Shown here: positions 46,798 to 56,098 of the stretch, one piece after another
Layout of the letters: every line of letters starts with the position of its first letter
Numbering within the stretch: the first letter of the stretch is position 1
Origin: Escherichia phage vB_EcoM_SA21RB
Length of the DNA stretch: 64,000 nt
Reading direction: 5' to 3' (one strand)
Sequence record: OL960580
Position numbers and translations under genes: made by a program
Notes under the pieces: generated by a model
What the model saw: only the letters and a program-made list of their open reading frames with translations
The model's database searches: none
What the model was told of the DNA's origin: nothing

Positions 46798-47799
46798 TTA
46801 CTTAATTAACTGTAAAGCTTGTTCAAGACGATCAAGACGATTAACGGATTCTTCCCAAATCTTTTTAGCCTGCTCATATTCTTTCTGCGCTTTATTAGAA
46901 ATTTCTAGAACTTCTTTATAAGCTTTTTCTAGTGCAATAACTTCTGGACGAATTTCTACCGGTTCAGGCGAATCGTCAAGATTATCCATTAGTTCCTCAA
47001 GGGTAGTTTCTTCTTTAGGAGTATTCACAATTTCTTCACATTTTTGTTGGTAAATTTCTTTATCAGTCGGTAAATAAGCACATTTCACTTCACGAAGACT
47101 AACTACAATTTTATATCCTTCCCAACCGCATATATTCTTAAAAGGATACGTATGAATATTTTCTACTGTTTCCATACAAAGTAATGCGGTTTCTAATTGA
47201 CGAGTTATAGTGCTAGCAATTGAGAAAAATTTATTAATGTTCTTTTGGTTAGTTTCTGGTGTAAAAAATCCATAATTCACAAAAATAGATACTTTATTTT
47301 TATCAAGTTCATATTCTTTTACGATAATCATATCAGAAGCCAAAGGATGAATTTGACGATAATCGCCATAACATAATTTAGAAGCTGATTTTAGAATTTG
47401 CTTTTTGAAAAGTCTGAAATTACTAATCCAACGACGAGTAAAAATATTCTCAGGGTCTTCTTTATTATTAAGATGATAAGAATTAACATCACCGAACCAA
47501 TTATATCCTACTACATCTTTGGTTCGTTTAATTTCTTTCCCAAAATTACCAAGAATATCCCGATTAACCAAATATGAAAGAAGACGAGACTCTTTAAAGG
47601 TTTTCTTGATAACATCTTTATCTACACGACTAGAAATTTTACGAATTTCATGAATAAATTTAGTAGAAGAAACAATACCTGCATCAACACTATTGAGCCA
47701 TTGATTGATAATAGAAAGAACGCTATTTTGGCCAAACATCGGTATAGCTTTATCATCAATAACGCTATTGAATGATTTGATATATTCGTTACGAGTCAT
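46798..47799 (-). CDS. coiled-coil paralogue array member 2
   Basis: ORF track extends to 47850; ATG 47799 with GAGGAG SD gives 333 aa MTRNEYIKSF... Confidence 0.6.
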   Translation of the reverse strand: MTRNEYIKSFNSVIDDKAIPMFGQNSVLSIINQWLNSVDAGIVSSTKFIHEIRKISSRVDKDVIKKTFKESRLLSYLVNRDILGNFGKEIKRTKDVVGYNWFGDVNSYHLNNKEDPENIFTRRWISNFRLFKKQILKSASKLCYGDYRQIHPLASDMIIVKEYELDKNKVSIFVNYGFFTPETNQKNINKFFSIASTITRQLETALLCMETVENIHTYPFKNICGWEGYKIVVSLREVKCAYLPTDKEIYQQKCEEIVNTPKEETTLEELMDNLDDSPEPVEIRPEVIALEKAYKEVLEISNKAQKEYEQAKKIWEESVNRLDRLEQALQLIK

Positions 47800-47827
47800 A
47801 TTAATCTCCTCAGTAGAAAGTAAGAAC

Positions 47828-47857
47828 ATTATACCACATCCTTGTGGCAAAGTAAAC
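47828..47857 (-). promoter_or_regulatory. T4-type early promoter, near-identical to the one at 2428..2457
   Basis: attataccacatccttgtggcaaagtaaac versus attataccacatccttgtggtaaagtaaac. Confidence 0.55.
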
Positions 47858-48885
47858 TAGTTCAGTGCATTTAGTGCATTGTTCAGTTTAGAACGTTGCT
47901 TCGTGAGATTTTTGACTTTTTCTTGAGCTTTTTCTAGCATCTTTTCAGCTTCTAGCACTTCATTAGTTGCTTTAACGAGTTCATCATCTACTGCCTTGAT
48001 AGACTTCTCAATCGCATCTGCATGCCATTTTTCAACAGGTTTAAGACTCGGATTTTCAACAGGAAGAAAATTCACTTTATTGAATTTCCATGCATCCTTA
48101 TTACCTGAACTATACATCCAAAATTTAGGATCGTTTGATGAGTAATTGGATAAATTTAAATTTAAGTTATCTTGCACTTCTTGCTTTTTCTCTTGCGTGA
48201 CTTCGTCCTTTCTCAAAAAATCGTATTTAAATGAAACGATCATATCAAGTTCATACGTTGTTGTATGTTCCCAATTTCGCTCAAAACGAGGTAAAATCTT
48301 AGAATGAACTGCAGCAACAACATCCATATACTTAAATGCTTCTGTCAACTGCGATTTAAGGCATTCGCAAATTGAAAGAGAATTTTTTGTATTAGGTTTA
48401 AAGCTAATTCGTGCAGTTCTGTTATTTTCTTTTAATGGTCTTACTTCCATCTGAAGAGTATAACCATCAAATTTCAGGTTCTTTAAGTTAATATCAGAAC
48501 CTTTTAATCGACTCGCAGTTGATAAAATTTGCTTTAATTGTCTACGGAACAGAGCAATAAATCTCCATTCAATACGATAATGATTTGGATTGAAAAATCC
48601 AGATGATAAATCGACCTTACTTTGACCAACGCCTTGAACAAATAGAGGATTTTTATAATCAATAGTTTTACAGAAATCTGTGAGCTGCTCACGAGCCGTC
48701 ATTTGTGTAATATACCCTGCTTTACTAAAATTACGTATCCATTCACTGCTATTTGTATACTTAAAGTGATGAATAACATGATTAACTTTATCAGGGTCTA
48801 AATTATTTTCACACAAAAATGTCATAACATCACGAGTATAGCTGGCATTACGAACCATATCTTCAATTTGAGAACGAGTTTTCAT
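47857..48885 (-). CDS. coiled-coil paralogue array member 3
   Basis: 342 aa; MKTRSQIEDM N-terminus; central RFIALFRRQLKQILSTASRL segment. Confidence 0.6.
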   Translation of the reverse strand: MKTRSQIEDMVRNASYTRDVMTFLCENNLDPDKVNHVIHHFKYTNSSEWIRNFSKAGYITQMTAREQLTDFCKTIDYKNPLFVQGVGQSKVDLSSGFFNPNHYRIEWRFIALFRRQLKQILSTASRLKGSDINLKNLKFDGYTLQMEVRPLKENNRTARISFKPNTKNSLSICECLKSQLTEAFKYMDVVAAVHSKILPRFERNWEHTTTYELDMIVSFKYDFLRKDEVTQEKKQEVQDNLNLNLSNYSSNDPKFWMYSSGNKDAWKFNKVNFLPVENPSLKPVEKWHADAIEKSIKAVDDELVKATNEVLEAEKMLEKAQEKVKNLTKQRSKLNNALNALN

Positions 48886-48893
48886 GGTATTCC

Positions 48894-49820
48894 TTAAGAT
48901 TTAAGTAAATCGACAATTTTAATTAACTTTTCACGCTCAGATTTAGCTTTACTACTCAATCCAGATAGTCTGAAAATTTCATCGTCATATTGTTGAATAG
49001 AAATATTCAGCTCTTCAATCTGCTTATTAAAATAATCAATTTGTTCAGAATGTTTTTCGTTACTACGAACTGGTACAGGTTTTGTAGGCAATGTAGTTGA
49101 ACTGGATTCATTCGGGCGATAAATTAAAATACAACTTGAACCAATAGGGCATTTTGCACCAGATGAATATTCTAATGTTCCAGCTTCTTTTAAAACTTCA
49201 AAAGCTAAACAGAGATGATGCCCCATATTAACATAATCTGTAGAGTGAGCTCTGATGTAATAATCATCTCCACGAATACTAAATTTAAAGCATTTAAGGT
49301 CTTCTGTATTATTGGTCTTAAAAATCATTTGTTTATCTAGACCTTTAGCTAATCGAGCGCCTAATGCTAATAATCGTCGTTGATTTTCCCACAAATCTGC
49401 AATCATTTGGTCGAATGATAATTTCGGCATTAGTCGACCATAAAGGTCATATCCTTTATTATAATTACGAAGGATTTCACTCGCGTTAATACGAGACAAC
49501 GCTCCAATTTTATTAAGGGCTTTCATAATGCGATTAGATAAACTCATTCCAGATCCATTTGTTCGCTGTAAATGTTTTTCTAATCCAAATCCAATATCAA
49601 CTTTAAACTTATCTAAAATTTCAGCATGAACATCTCTGTCGATAACATTCAAATCCAAAGTTGGGTTAAATCTGTGAAAAAATTTATCTGGCTCTCCACG
49701 ACGAAGTACAGTCCATTCATTCATCATTTTTTTATTAACTAATGATTTAATTACTGCATTGACATTATTAATTACTACTGACATATTTTCCTCACTCAAT
49801 TTCAATTTTACTAAATACAC
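48894..49820 (-). CDS. coiled-coil paralogue array member 4
   Basis: 308 aa; central WENQRRLLALGARLAKGL segment; C-terminal coiled coil. Confidence 0.6.
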   Translation of the reverse strand: MYLVKLKLSEENMSVVINNVNAVIKSLVNKKMMNEWTVLRRGEPDKFFHRFNPTLDLNVIDRDVHAEILDKFKVDIGFGLEKHLQRTNGSGMSLSNRIMKALNKIGALSRINASEILRNYNKGYDLYGRLMPKLSFDQMIADLWENQRRLLALGARLAKGLDKQMIFKTNNTEDLKCFKFSIRGDDYYIRAHSTDYVNMGHHLCLAFEVLKEAGTLEYSSGAKCPIGSSCILIYRPNESSSTTLPTKPVPVRSNEKHSEQIDYFNKQIEELNISIQQYDDEIFRLSGLSSKAKSEREKLIKIVDLLKS

Positions 49821-50199
49821 AGAATATGATTGAACAGACTACATAAGCGCCACACACGGATTGAACTAATACCATCCCAAAGAACCAAACAATATTATCA
49901 AACAGTGTCTGTTTTACGTCGAAAGGACGTAAACTTACAGTAATATTATCACCTTTTTCTATTGAAGAATACATCTCTGGGGAAATATATTCACTAAATC
50001 TATAACCGTCTTTGAGTTCATATACGGCAATAAACGATAAACTAGACCCCTTTCCTTGTGTTCCTGTAATAGTATTAACTACAGTAACATCATAATCTTT
50101 ATAGTGCATATAATCATTAATTGCGTAATAACCATATGCAACTACTACACATAAACAACATATCAATAAATTCAATCTTTTAATTATCAACTGTTTCAT
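49792..50199 (-). CDS. membrane protein
   Basis: 135 aa with N- and C-terminal hydrophobic helices. Confidence 0.5.
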   Translation of the reverse strand: MKQLIIKRLNLLICCLCVVVAYGYYAINDYMHYKDYDVTVVNTITGTQGKGSSLSFIAVYELKDGYRFSEYISPEMYSSIEKGDNITVSLRPFDVKQTLFDNIVWFFGMVLVQSVCGAYVVCSIIFCVFSKIEIE

Positions 50200-50254
50200 A
50201 ATAATCTCAATTAAAAGGGCTTAGAACCATTATACCATCCTTGGTATAAAGCGG

Positions 50255-50782
50255 TTATGCGAGTACCGTCTTTAACCGTTCTTCAAACTTCCGAAGAGTA
50301 TTTTGGCGTTCAGCTCTTTGCTTTTTGTAAGTTTCAATACGCTCTGAAATGAGAGAGTATCGTTCATTTACTGATTCTTTCATAAAATCAGGAATTTCAC
50401 GAGAAGCTTTAATTTCGTCAAATTTATCAATAACAGCTTGCTCTTCAGCAATTAAATTATCATACATTAAAATATCTTTCTTGATGAACTCAATATCTTC
50501 TTGAGTTACACGAGACATTTTAGATGCTTTATCCTTTTTGTACTGTTCGTTAGTATCACGAGACCAGTGTAATGTACGATTTTTATTCGTATTCTTGTAA
50601 ATTTCTACAATACCAATCTCATCAATAATAACGATCCAATTCCAACGGGATTTGTAAATTTGTCCTCCATCAACTGTGATTTCACCTCCGATTGAGATGT
50701 CGTTAAAGAACTTGCTTTGTGCTTCTGATTTAAATTTACCATCATTGTAATTTACCAGGTTGAAAATATCTTTAGCGTTCAT
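50255..50782 (-). CDS. hypothetical protein
   Basis: 175 aa; preceded by a promoter-leader cassette. Confidence 0.5.
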   Translation of the reverse strand: MNAKDIFNLVNYNDGKFKSEAQSKFFNDISIGGEITVDGGQIYKSRWNWIVIIDEIGIVEIYKNTNKNRTLHWSRDTNEQYKKDKASKMSRVTQEDIEFIKKDILMYDNLIAEEQAVIDKFDEIKASREIPDFMKESVNERYSLISERIETYKKQRAERQNTLRKFEERLKTVLA

Positions 50783-50809
50783 TTTCTGTTCCTCCGTAGT
50801 TGATAGTTG

Positions 50810-50840
50810 TATAGTACCATAGAGGAACAGTCTTGTAAAC
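50810..50840 (-). promoter_or_regulatory. T4-type early promoter (conserved cassette)
   Basis: minus strand GTTTAC...TGGTACTATACAACTATCAAC. Confidence 0.55.
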
Positions 50841-50842
50841 CA

Positions 50843-51157
50843 CTAAAAGAAACTTCTTTCACAATTTTTTCCACTGAACCATGCGCTCACTGCTTTCTTA
50901 GTCTCAGGAGCAGTGTTATCCATAAACCATTCAAAGGCAGCCTTTTTATGATTCTGGAGGGCTTCTCGGGCTTTAATCTGCTCACGGTCTATTAACACTA
51001 ACATATGAGCCTTTCTTGTCACCAAGGGCTTCTTATGATTCTTGGAGTATTCCCAGTCATTTGTCCAACGCATTGTCGTTGCGAACTGATGAACCGCGTC
51101 TTTAATTTTAGTTTCGTAAATTTCACGAGCCTTTGAGTATAACATCATTACCTCCAT
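50843..51157 (-). CDS. hypothetical protein
   Basis: 104 aa. Confidence 0.5.
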   Translation of the reverse strand: MEVMMLYSKAREIYETKIKDAVHQFATTMRWTNDWEYSKNHKKPLVTRKAHMLVLIDREQIKAREALQNHKKAAFEWFMDNTAPETKKAVSAWFSGKNCERSFF

Positions 51158-51246
51158 TTACCAGTTTAATTCTAGTCATCTTTTTAATGGCAGTCCATAT
51201 AATCTATTTCTGAACTGCCTTTTTATCTTAGAAGGCCTCTTATGAA

Positions 51247-52215
51247 TTATTTCAGAAGAGTAACCTCAGCGATTTCTTCCCAACCGTTTTTGTCGGTCAT
51301 AATAAAGTCAGCAAGATAAAGAGCAGTACGCAGTGAAACATTGCGTAAACGATTAACATTGACTTTCATCCATGATAATGCTTTATAAGTTTCTTCATCA
51401 GAAAGACCGCGCTTTTGCATCATGTCAGTTGAAAGAATAACATCTTCAACCCTAACCATAATTTCTTCATTAGTGTGAACACCCAAATCCAAATAAACTG
51501 AGCGGGACACTAATGCTTGTAAATGTGGAGCAAGTTTAGTACCACGGTCTAATTCGCGGTCAATGTCAACGTTTGTGATAAAAACAATCGTTCCTTTAAA
51601 TTCAAACTCGCGCTCAATGCCTTTTTCTTCTAAGTAAGAAGATGCAGTGCTCCAGCAGACTTTACGGGTCTCTCCAGTGTCCAGAGCAGCTTTCAGAAGA
51701 TTAAGAATGTCCATATCAGAGAAAACATCCACATCATCAATCAAAAGGACAGAATTCTCTTCACGATTATTCCAAAGTTGTTCATAAAGACCGATACCGG
51801 AGATTTTACCGTTAATGCTTTTATATTCAATGTATCCATTATCATTTGCTTTATTTAAAGCTTTATCTAAAGAATACGTTTTACCAATACCCGCCGCACC
51901 AGAGATAATTAATGAACGAATGTTTCCGTTAATAATACCATTCGTCATCATTCCCATAACATTAAATCTTTTATTAATGCGGGTTTTCATATCTTCATAC
52001 GATTCTTTAACTTCTTCAACTTTTACACCATCATATGAAATGTCTGATTTGTAAACCCAAACACCACGACGTTTACCGTCAATTTCAACAAAAACTTTAC
52101 CATCTCCTTGTGCATCTACCGGAGCATTATCTGGGAACCATTCACCTAAGAGCTCAAAAGTTCCAGAGATTTCTTTACCGAAGTAGATACCCTTATTGAT
52201 AGTTACAGTTTTCAT
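51247..52215 (-). CDS. P-loop ATPase (AAA-like)
   Basis: 322 aa; Walker A GAAGIGKT, Walker B VLLIDDVD. Confidence 0.65.
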   Translation of the reverse strand: MKTVTINKGIYFGKEISGTFELLGEWFPDNAPVDAQGDGKVFVEIDGKRRGVWVYKSDISYDGVKVEEVKESYEDMKTRINKRFNVMGMMTNGIINGNIRSLIISGAAGIGKTYSLDKALNKANDNGYIEYKSINGKISGIGLYEQLWNNREENSVLLIDDVDVFSDMDILNLLKAALDTGETRKVCWSTASSYLEEKGIEREFEFKGTIVFITNVDIDRELDRGTKLAPHLQALVSRSVYLDLGVHTNEEIMVRVEDVILSTDMMQKRGLSDEETYKALSWMKVNVNRLRNVSLRTALYLADFIMTDKNGWEEIAEVTLLK

Positions 52216-52272
52216 TTTATTCTCCTTTGATTTGATAGGACTACTATAACATAGTCCTATCAGTTTGTATAC

Positions 52273-52473
52273 TTATTTTGACATTTCTTCGATGTCACGA
52301 CGATACCCGTCACGAACTTCACGAAGAGCTTCAAGGCCACACATAGGCTCGATACCAGTAATGTGAACTTGATTAATCTGATACTCTACATCTTCTAACT
52401 GAGTGAAAACATAACGACGTTCAGCTGCGCACCCAGATTTAGCTTTACCGAAACGTTTATTCAAAGTAGTCAT
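52273..52473 (-). CDS. small hypothetical protein
   Basis: 66 aa directly behind a promoter cassette. Confidence 0.5.
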   Translation of the reverse strand: MTTLNKRFGKAKSGCAAERRYVFTQLEDVEYQINQVHITGIEPMCGLEALREVRDGYRRDIEEMSK

Positions 52474-52510
52474 TTTGTATCTCCAATTTACTCATTTGTT
52501 TTGATAGTTG

Positions 52511-52541
52511 TATAGTACCATAAAGCTTTATGCTTGTAAAC
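52511..52541 (-). promoter_or_regulatory. T4-type early promoter (conserved cassette)
   Basis: minus strand AAAAATTTTTCACAAAACTGTTTAC...TGGTACTATACAACTATCAA. Confidence 0.55.
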
Positions 52542-52561
52542 AGTTTTGTGAAAAATTTTTG

Positions 52562-52590
52562 AAATAAAAAAAGGGAGCCCGAAGGCTCCC
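52562..52590 (-). terminator. strong intrinsic terminator
   Basis: minus RNA GGGAGCC-UUCG-GGCUCCC followed by UUUUUUUAUUU. Confidence 0.7.
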
Positions 52591-52592
52591 TA

Positions 52593-53606
52593 TCATTTAT
52601 AATAACTTCGGTGGTTTTCAAGATAGACCTTCTCAAGGAAGTCATCCCAGAAACCCATGTCCACTTTTTGCTGCATACCGTTCTTAGAAGCTTCAGTAGA
52701 TGCTGCTTCTACTTGATCGACCACATCTTCCAAAAACTCTTGAACTGTTTTAAATGGATGTTTACCCAACTTCACGTCGAGAATAAATGGAGCATCTTGG
52801 AGTGGATAAACCAAGTCACCAGTTTTGTAAATTTCCAATAGTTGAAGTCCACCACGACAAGCATGGCTCAGAGCTTTCCAGTCAATGCCTTCATTGGCTT
52901 CGGCCTTACGAGCACGTTCACCGTATTCAGCATCTAATTTGTTCAGTGACTGTTTAAGCTCAATAAGAGAAAGAGTTGTCTGATATTTACGACCCAACAC
53001 AGTGTAGAACGTTTGTGGGCCTGTTTTCTCATGATTATGGAACACCCATTCACAGAATTCGTTTTCTGGAAGACGATGCTTAATATCTTCAACTTTAGTG
53101 CGACGTTGCTTAATGGAACCGTCTTCTTGGTAATCAACCCATTGCTCAGGGATTTGATTAACTACTTTCAATACATCACGTAATGCAGCCAAACGAGAAC
53201 CCTTGACACCGTATTTAGAAGCTTGCTTGCGAACATATCCTAAATAGGATTTCATGTTAGTCGTATAAAAACGAGAACGATTGTCTTGAATAAACTTCCA
53301 CACATCAGGCAAATCAGATTTAACCACTAGTTCAGGTGGAGTGTGAAGCATATCCAATGCTACAGTTTCACCATCTGCTGCTAATTTAAAGAAATATTTA
53401 AGACTGTATAGTTCATGGTCAATATCATCTTTAGTGTTTTTAGATGATGTGTTGTTAGTGTTTTTACTCATGTGTTCTTTGACATTTCCGATAAGAATAT
53501 CGCGAGCAGGAGGAACAAAGATTTCTTTAAAATCTACATCAGATTCTGGAGTAGAAGTTCCATAAAGATGACTACCAAAATAGCTTTTCATTACTGTTTT
53601 CATCAT
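52593..53606 (-). CDS. Pol-beta-superfamily nucleotidyltransferase
   Basis: 337 aa; N-terminal GSHLYGTSTPESDVDF (G[SG]x9-13DxD) and a downstream acidic residue (VALDML). Confidence 0.6.
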   Translation of the reverse strand: MMKTVMKSYFGSHLYGTSTPESDVDFKEIFVPPARDILIGNVKEHMSKNTNNTSSKNTKDDIDHELYSLKYFFKLAADGETVALDMLHTPPELVVKSDLPDVWKFIQDNRSRFYTTNMKSYLGYVRKQASKYGVKGSRLAALRDVLKVVNQIPEQWVDYQEDGSIKQRRTKVEDIKHRLPENEFCEWVFHNHEKTGPQTFYTVLGRKYQTTLSLIELKQSLNKLDAEYGERARKAEANEGIDWKALSHACRGGLQLLEIYKTGDLVYPLQDAPFILDVKLGKHPFKTVQEFLEDVVDQVEAASTEASKNGMQQKVDMGFWDDFLEKVYLENHRSYYK

Positions 53607-54064
53607 TCAGCCTTATATTCAATAACAGGACATACTTTAGCTTTACGAGCTTTTAAAAATTCGACGATAATCGATTTCTTGGGTTGAATAGGAGGTAAAC
53701 CTTTATACGCTCTATCAATATTTTCTACGTGTAAAGCATAATCCTTTTTCCATTTATAATCTTTATATTTTTCACGCAAATGTGCAGGAATAACAAATGA
53801 ACCGATAATAAGTAAAACAACCAAAAGTGCAAGTATAAATGCCGATGGAAGAAGAGTCCATAAACTACCGAAAATAAGCCAACGTTGTAGGCTTTCTGCA
53901 CAAATAATTGTTAACCCTACGAGTATAGCACACCCAAAAATAGAAACGAAAAATGTAGGAATGGCAATAGACCAAAAATATGCGCATAATGTCTTAGGTC
54001 GTTGCCATTCATCGTTAAACAATTTGAATAATTTATAGTGCCAAGAGTTTTCATTAATAATCAT
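53603..54064 (-). CDS. membrane protein
   Basis: 153 aa with at least three hydrophobic helices. Confidence 0.55.
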   Translation of the reverse strand: MIINENSWHYKLFKLFNDEWQRPKTLCAYFWSIAIPTFFVSIFGCAILVGLTIICAESLQRWLIFGSLWTLLPSAFILALLVVLLIIGSFVIPAHLREKYKDYKWKKDYALHVENIDRAYKGLPPIQPKKSIIVEFLKARKAKVCPVIEYKAE

Positions 54065-54066
54065 AA

Positions 54067-54588
54067 TTATCCTTTCATTGAAGGCGTAACGGTTGTTAAA
54101 TACTTAATCATAGCTTCAGCTTCTGATTTTGATAATGAAATTTCTCCATTGTTTTGACGAATAGAAATAAAATCCGGATGACGGTCACCACCAGCTTTTA
54201 AAACACACATATAAGTATCAACTTCACCTTCAATATTTGAAATGATTGAAGCAGTTCCACATGAATGTGGTTTTTGATAAATCAATGCAGCTTTTCTTCC
54301 ACCGTTTGACTGTTCATAGGCTTTTAATACATCAAGCAAATCAGTTCTTTTATCAATAGCTAAAATGTTATTTTCATCCTCAATGTTAAATCCTTCGGAT
54401 ACTTCATAAAGTGTTACCCATAAATCACCGATGTCAATAACAGCATTTACGCTTCCACGGCTTTCAAGAGTATGACAAATTTTCTTGATTTCATCATAAC
54501 TCATTTTAATAATATCATCTCCTTGACTAAGGAAGATGTCATTTTTAAATTCAACACGAATTAAACCACTTTCACTTGAAATAAACAT
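54067..54588 (-). CDS. hypothetical protein (paralogue of 54595..55152)
   Basis: 173 aa; C-terminus SKSEAEAMIKYLTTVTPSMKG resembles the neighbour's. Confidence 0.55.
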   Translation of the reverse strand: MFISSESGLIRVEFKNDIFLSQGDDIIKMSYDEIKKICHTLESRGSVNAVIDIGDLWVTLYEVSEGFNIEDENNILAIDKRTDLLDVLKAYEQSNGGRKAALIYQKPHSCGTASIISNIEGEVDTYMCVLKAGGDRHPDFISIRQNNGEISLSKSEAEAMIKYLTTVTPSMKG

Positions 54589-54594
54589 ATTTCC

Positions 54595-55152
54595 TCACTT
54601 TGAAATCATAGTTGGAATAACAGAATCAAGATAAGTCTTTAGTGCAATAGCTTCGTCTTTGTTTAATGTAATGATATGTGATCGAAAATCGTCAATTTGA
54701 CGAATAGATACTACATCTCCCTCTTCATAGCATTTTGACACATTTAAAATAGTTTCATCATTCTGATTACAGGAGTTAGTAATAATAGCATTACATTTTT
54801 TAAACCATTTTAAATTATGTTTTCTTTTAGTAGAATCATAAAAATATTTAATGTTAGTTATAAAATTATCCCAATTATTAATTGATAAGCACATTGACTC
54901 GCTTTTAATATTAAATCCTGGGCATGAAGAATAAAAATGAATTTTATGCTCATCATTAATGCTTACAATTTTATCAGTGTAAGCATATTCAATTTGGGTT
55001 AAACGAACAATTTCACTAGGCGTAAAATATAACATATCATCTTCTTGCGTCAAACGATACATGTTATTTACTTTTTCGATCGCTAATTCACCAAAAAGCA
55101 CACTATCTTCTAATACTAATCGTTTCATATTGATTCTCTTCGACTCACTCAC
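54595..55152 (-). CDS. hypothetical protein (paralogue of 54067..54588)
   Basis: 185 aa; C-terminus NKDEAIALKTYLDSVIPTMISK. Confidence 0.55.
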   Translation of the reverse strand: MSESKRINMKRLVLEDSVLFGELAIEKVNNMYRLTQEDDMLYFTPSEIVRLTQIEYAYTDKIVSINDEHKIHFYSSCPGFNIKSESMCLSINNWDNFITNIKYFYDSTKRKHNLKWFKKCNAIITNSCNQNDETILNVSKCYEEGDVVSIRQIDDFRSHIITLNKDEAIALKTYLDSVIPTMISK

Positions 55153-55287
55153 AATTACATACTCCTTTGAATAATATCAATAATGTTGTTCACCAGATTA
55201 TAAGTAAACAATGGGTAATTATATTGAATCATCACATACACAACAAACAAAACTTTCATTCTCTTCTCCTTGGCAGTTGGCAAGATT

Positions 55288-55317
55288 ACTATACCATAAC
55301 CTTGCCAACTTGTAAAC
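55288..55317 (-). promoter_or_regulatory. T4-type early promoter
   Basis: minus strand GTTTAC, 18 nt, TATAGT. Confidence 0.5.
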
Positions 55318-55319
55318 CA

Positions 55320-55493
55320 TTAAATGACGTTTTCGATAAAATTCTGAAGCTTTGTATGAGCATCAACCATGATTTTCATTTCTTCTTTGGCGAAAGCTGT
55401 ACCTCTTTCCCGAGAAGAACATTCATAGTCAGAAACTGCATTAGCATATTCTTCAATTAGCTTCATTAAAAACATCTGCTTTTCAGTTTTCAT
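55320..55493 (-). CDS. possible small protein
   Basis: 57-aa ORF below the track cut-off (MKTEKQMFLMKLIEEYANAVSDYECSS...) in an otherwise ORF-free 330-bp gap. Confidence 0.35.
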   Translation of the reverse strand: MKTEKQMFLMKLIEEYANAVSDYECSSRERGTAFAKEEMKIMVDAHTKLQNFIENVI

Positions 55494-55677
55494 TATTCCA
55501 CCTAATCATTTCAAGATATTGAACTAACTTAGCTTTGGATTTATCCAAATCCTTTTTAGCTGCTTCTATACCGTCGTATGAATATCCTTCACAATGCTCA
55601 ACTGCTAATTGATATGAATCTATTTCAATATCACGTGCTAATTTAATGATTTTTTCAAACTGTTCGCGTGTTAGCAT
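55483..55677 (-). CDS. small hypothetical protein
   Basis: 64 aa. Confidence 0.45.
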   Translation of the reverse strand: MLTREQFEKIIKLARDIEIDSYQLAVEHCEGYSYDGIEAAKKDLDKSKAKLVQYLEMIRWNNEN

Positions 55678-55679
55678 AC

Positions 55680-55919
55680 TTAAACTCTCGTATTATGATC
55701 GATAATTTCATCAAGAAACATATCTAACGCTTCTAAAGCATTATCAACTTTAGCTTCAAGTTCATCAATACCTTTATTTGCAATGCCTGACGAAAACCAA
55801 GCAAAGTCACTAAGTTCCTCATCTGCTTTACGAATTAAAGCTACCAATTCTTTAATCTTATCAGCTTGTTCGATACTAATCATTATTCCACCACATATGA
55901 AAGAGAGAATATTGCACAC
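55680..55919 (-). CDS. small hypothetical protein
   Basis: 79 aa. Confidence 0.45.
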
Positions 55920-56071
55920 GCCATATGAGTTGCAACTTCATCACACATATTATAACGTTTCTTAAGAAGTTCTACAAGTTCTTCACTAGTAACTTCATCC
56001 ATGTCGACGAAAAAATCACCATTAATGATGACGTAGATATTTCCTTCTTGATTGAGTGCTTCAATTTTCAT
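55883..56071 (-). CDS. small hypothetical protein
   Basis: ORF track extends through the promoter to 56116; ATG 56071 with GAGGAG SD gives 62 aa. Confidence 0.45.
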
Positions 56072-56098
56072 GATGTTCTCCTCTTTATCCGATAGTTG

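Noticed and set aside
52457-52645. 62-aa minus-strand ORF MTSLRR...LYGTIQLSKQ...
   Set aside because: It reads straight through the conserved promoter cassette and the UUCG terminator; the GTIQLS peptide is simply the translation of the promoter motif. The same applies to the N-terminal extensions of the ORFs at 25534-25881 and 55883-56116, which I trimmed.
55167-55460. 97-aa plus-strand ORF in the 330-bp gap
   Set aside because: It starts with TTG, has no SD and runs antisense through a minus-strand promoter and a better minus-strand small ORF.
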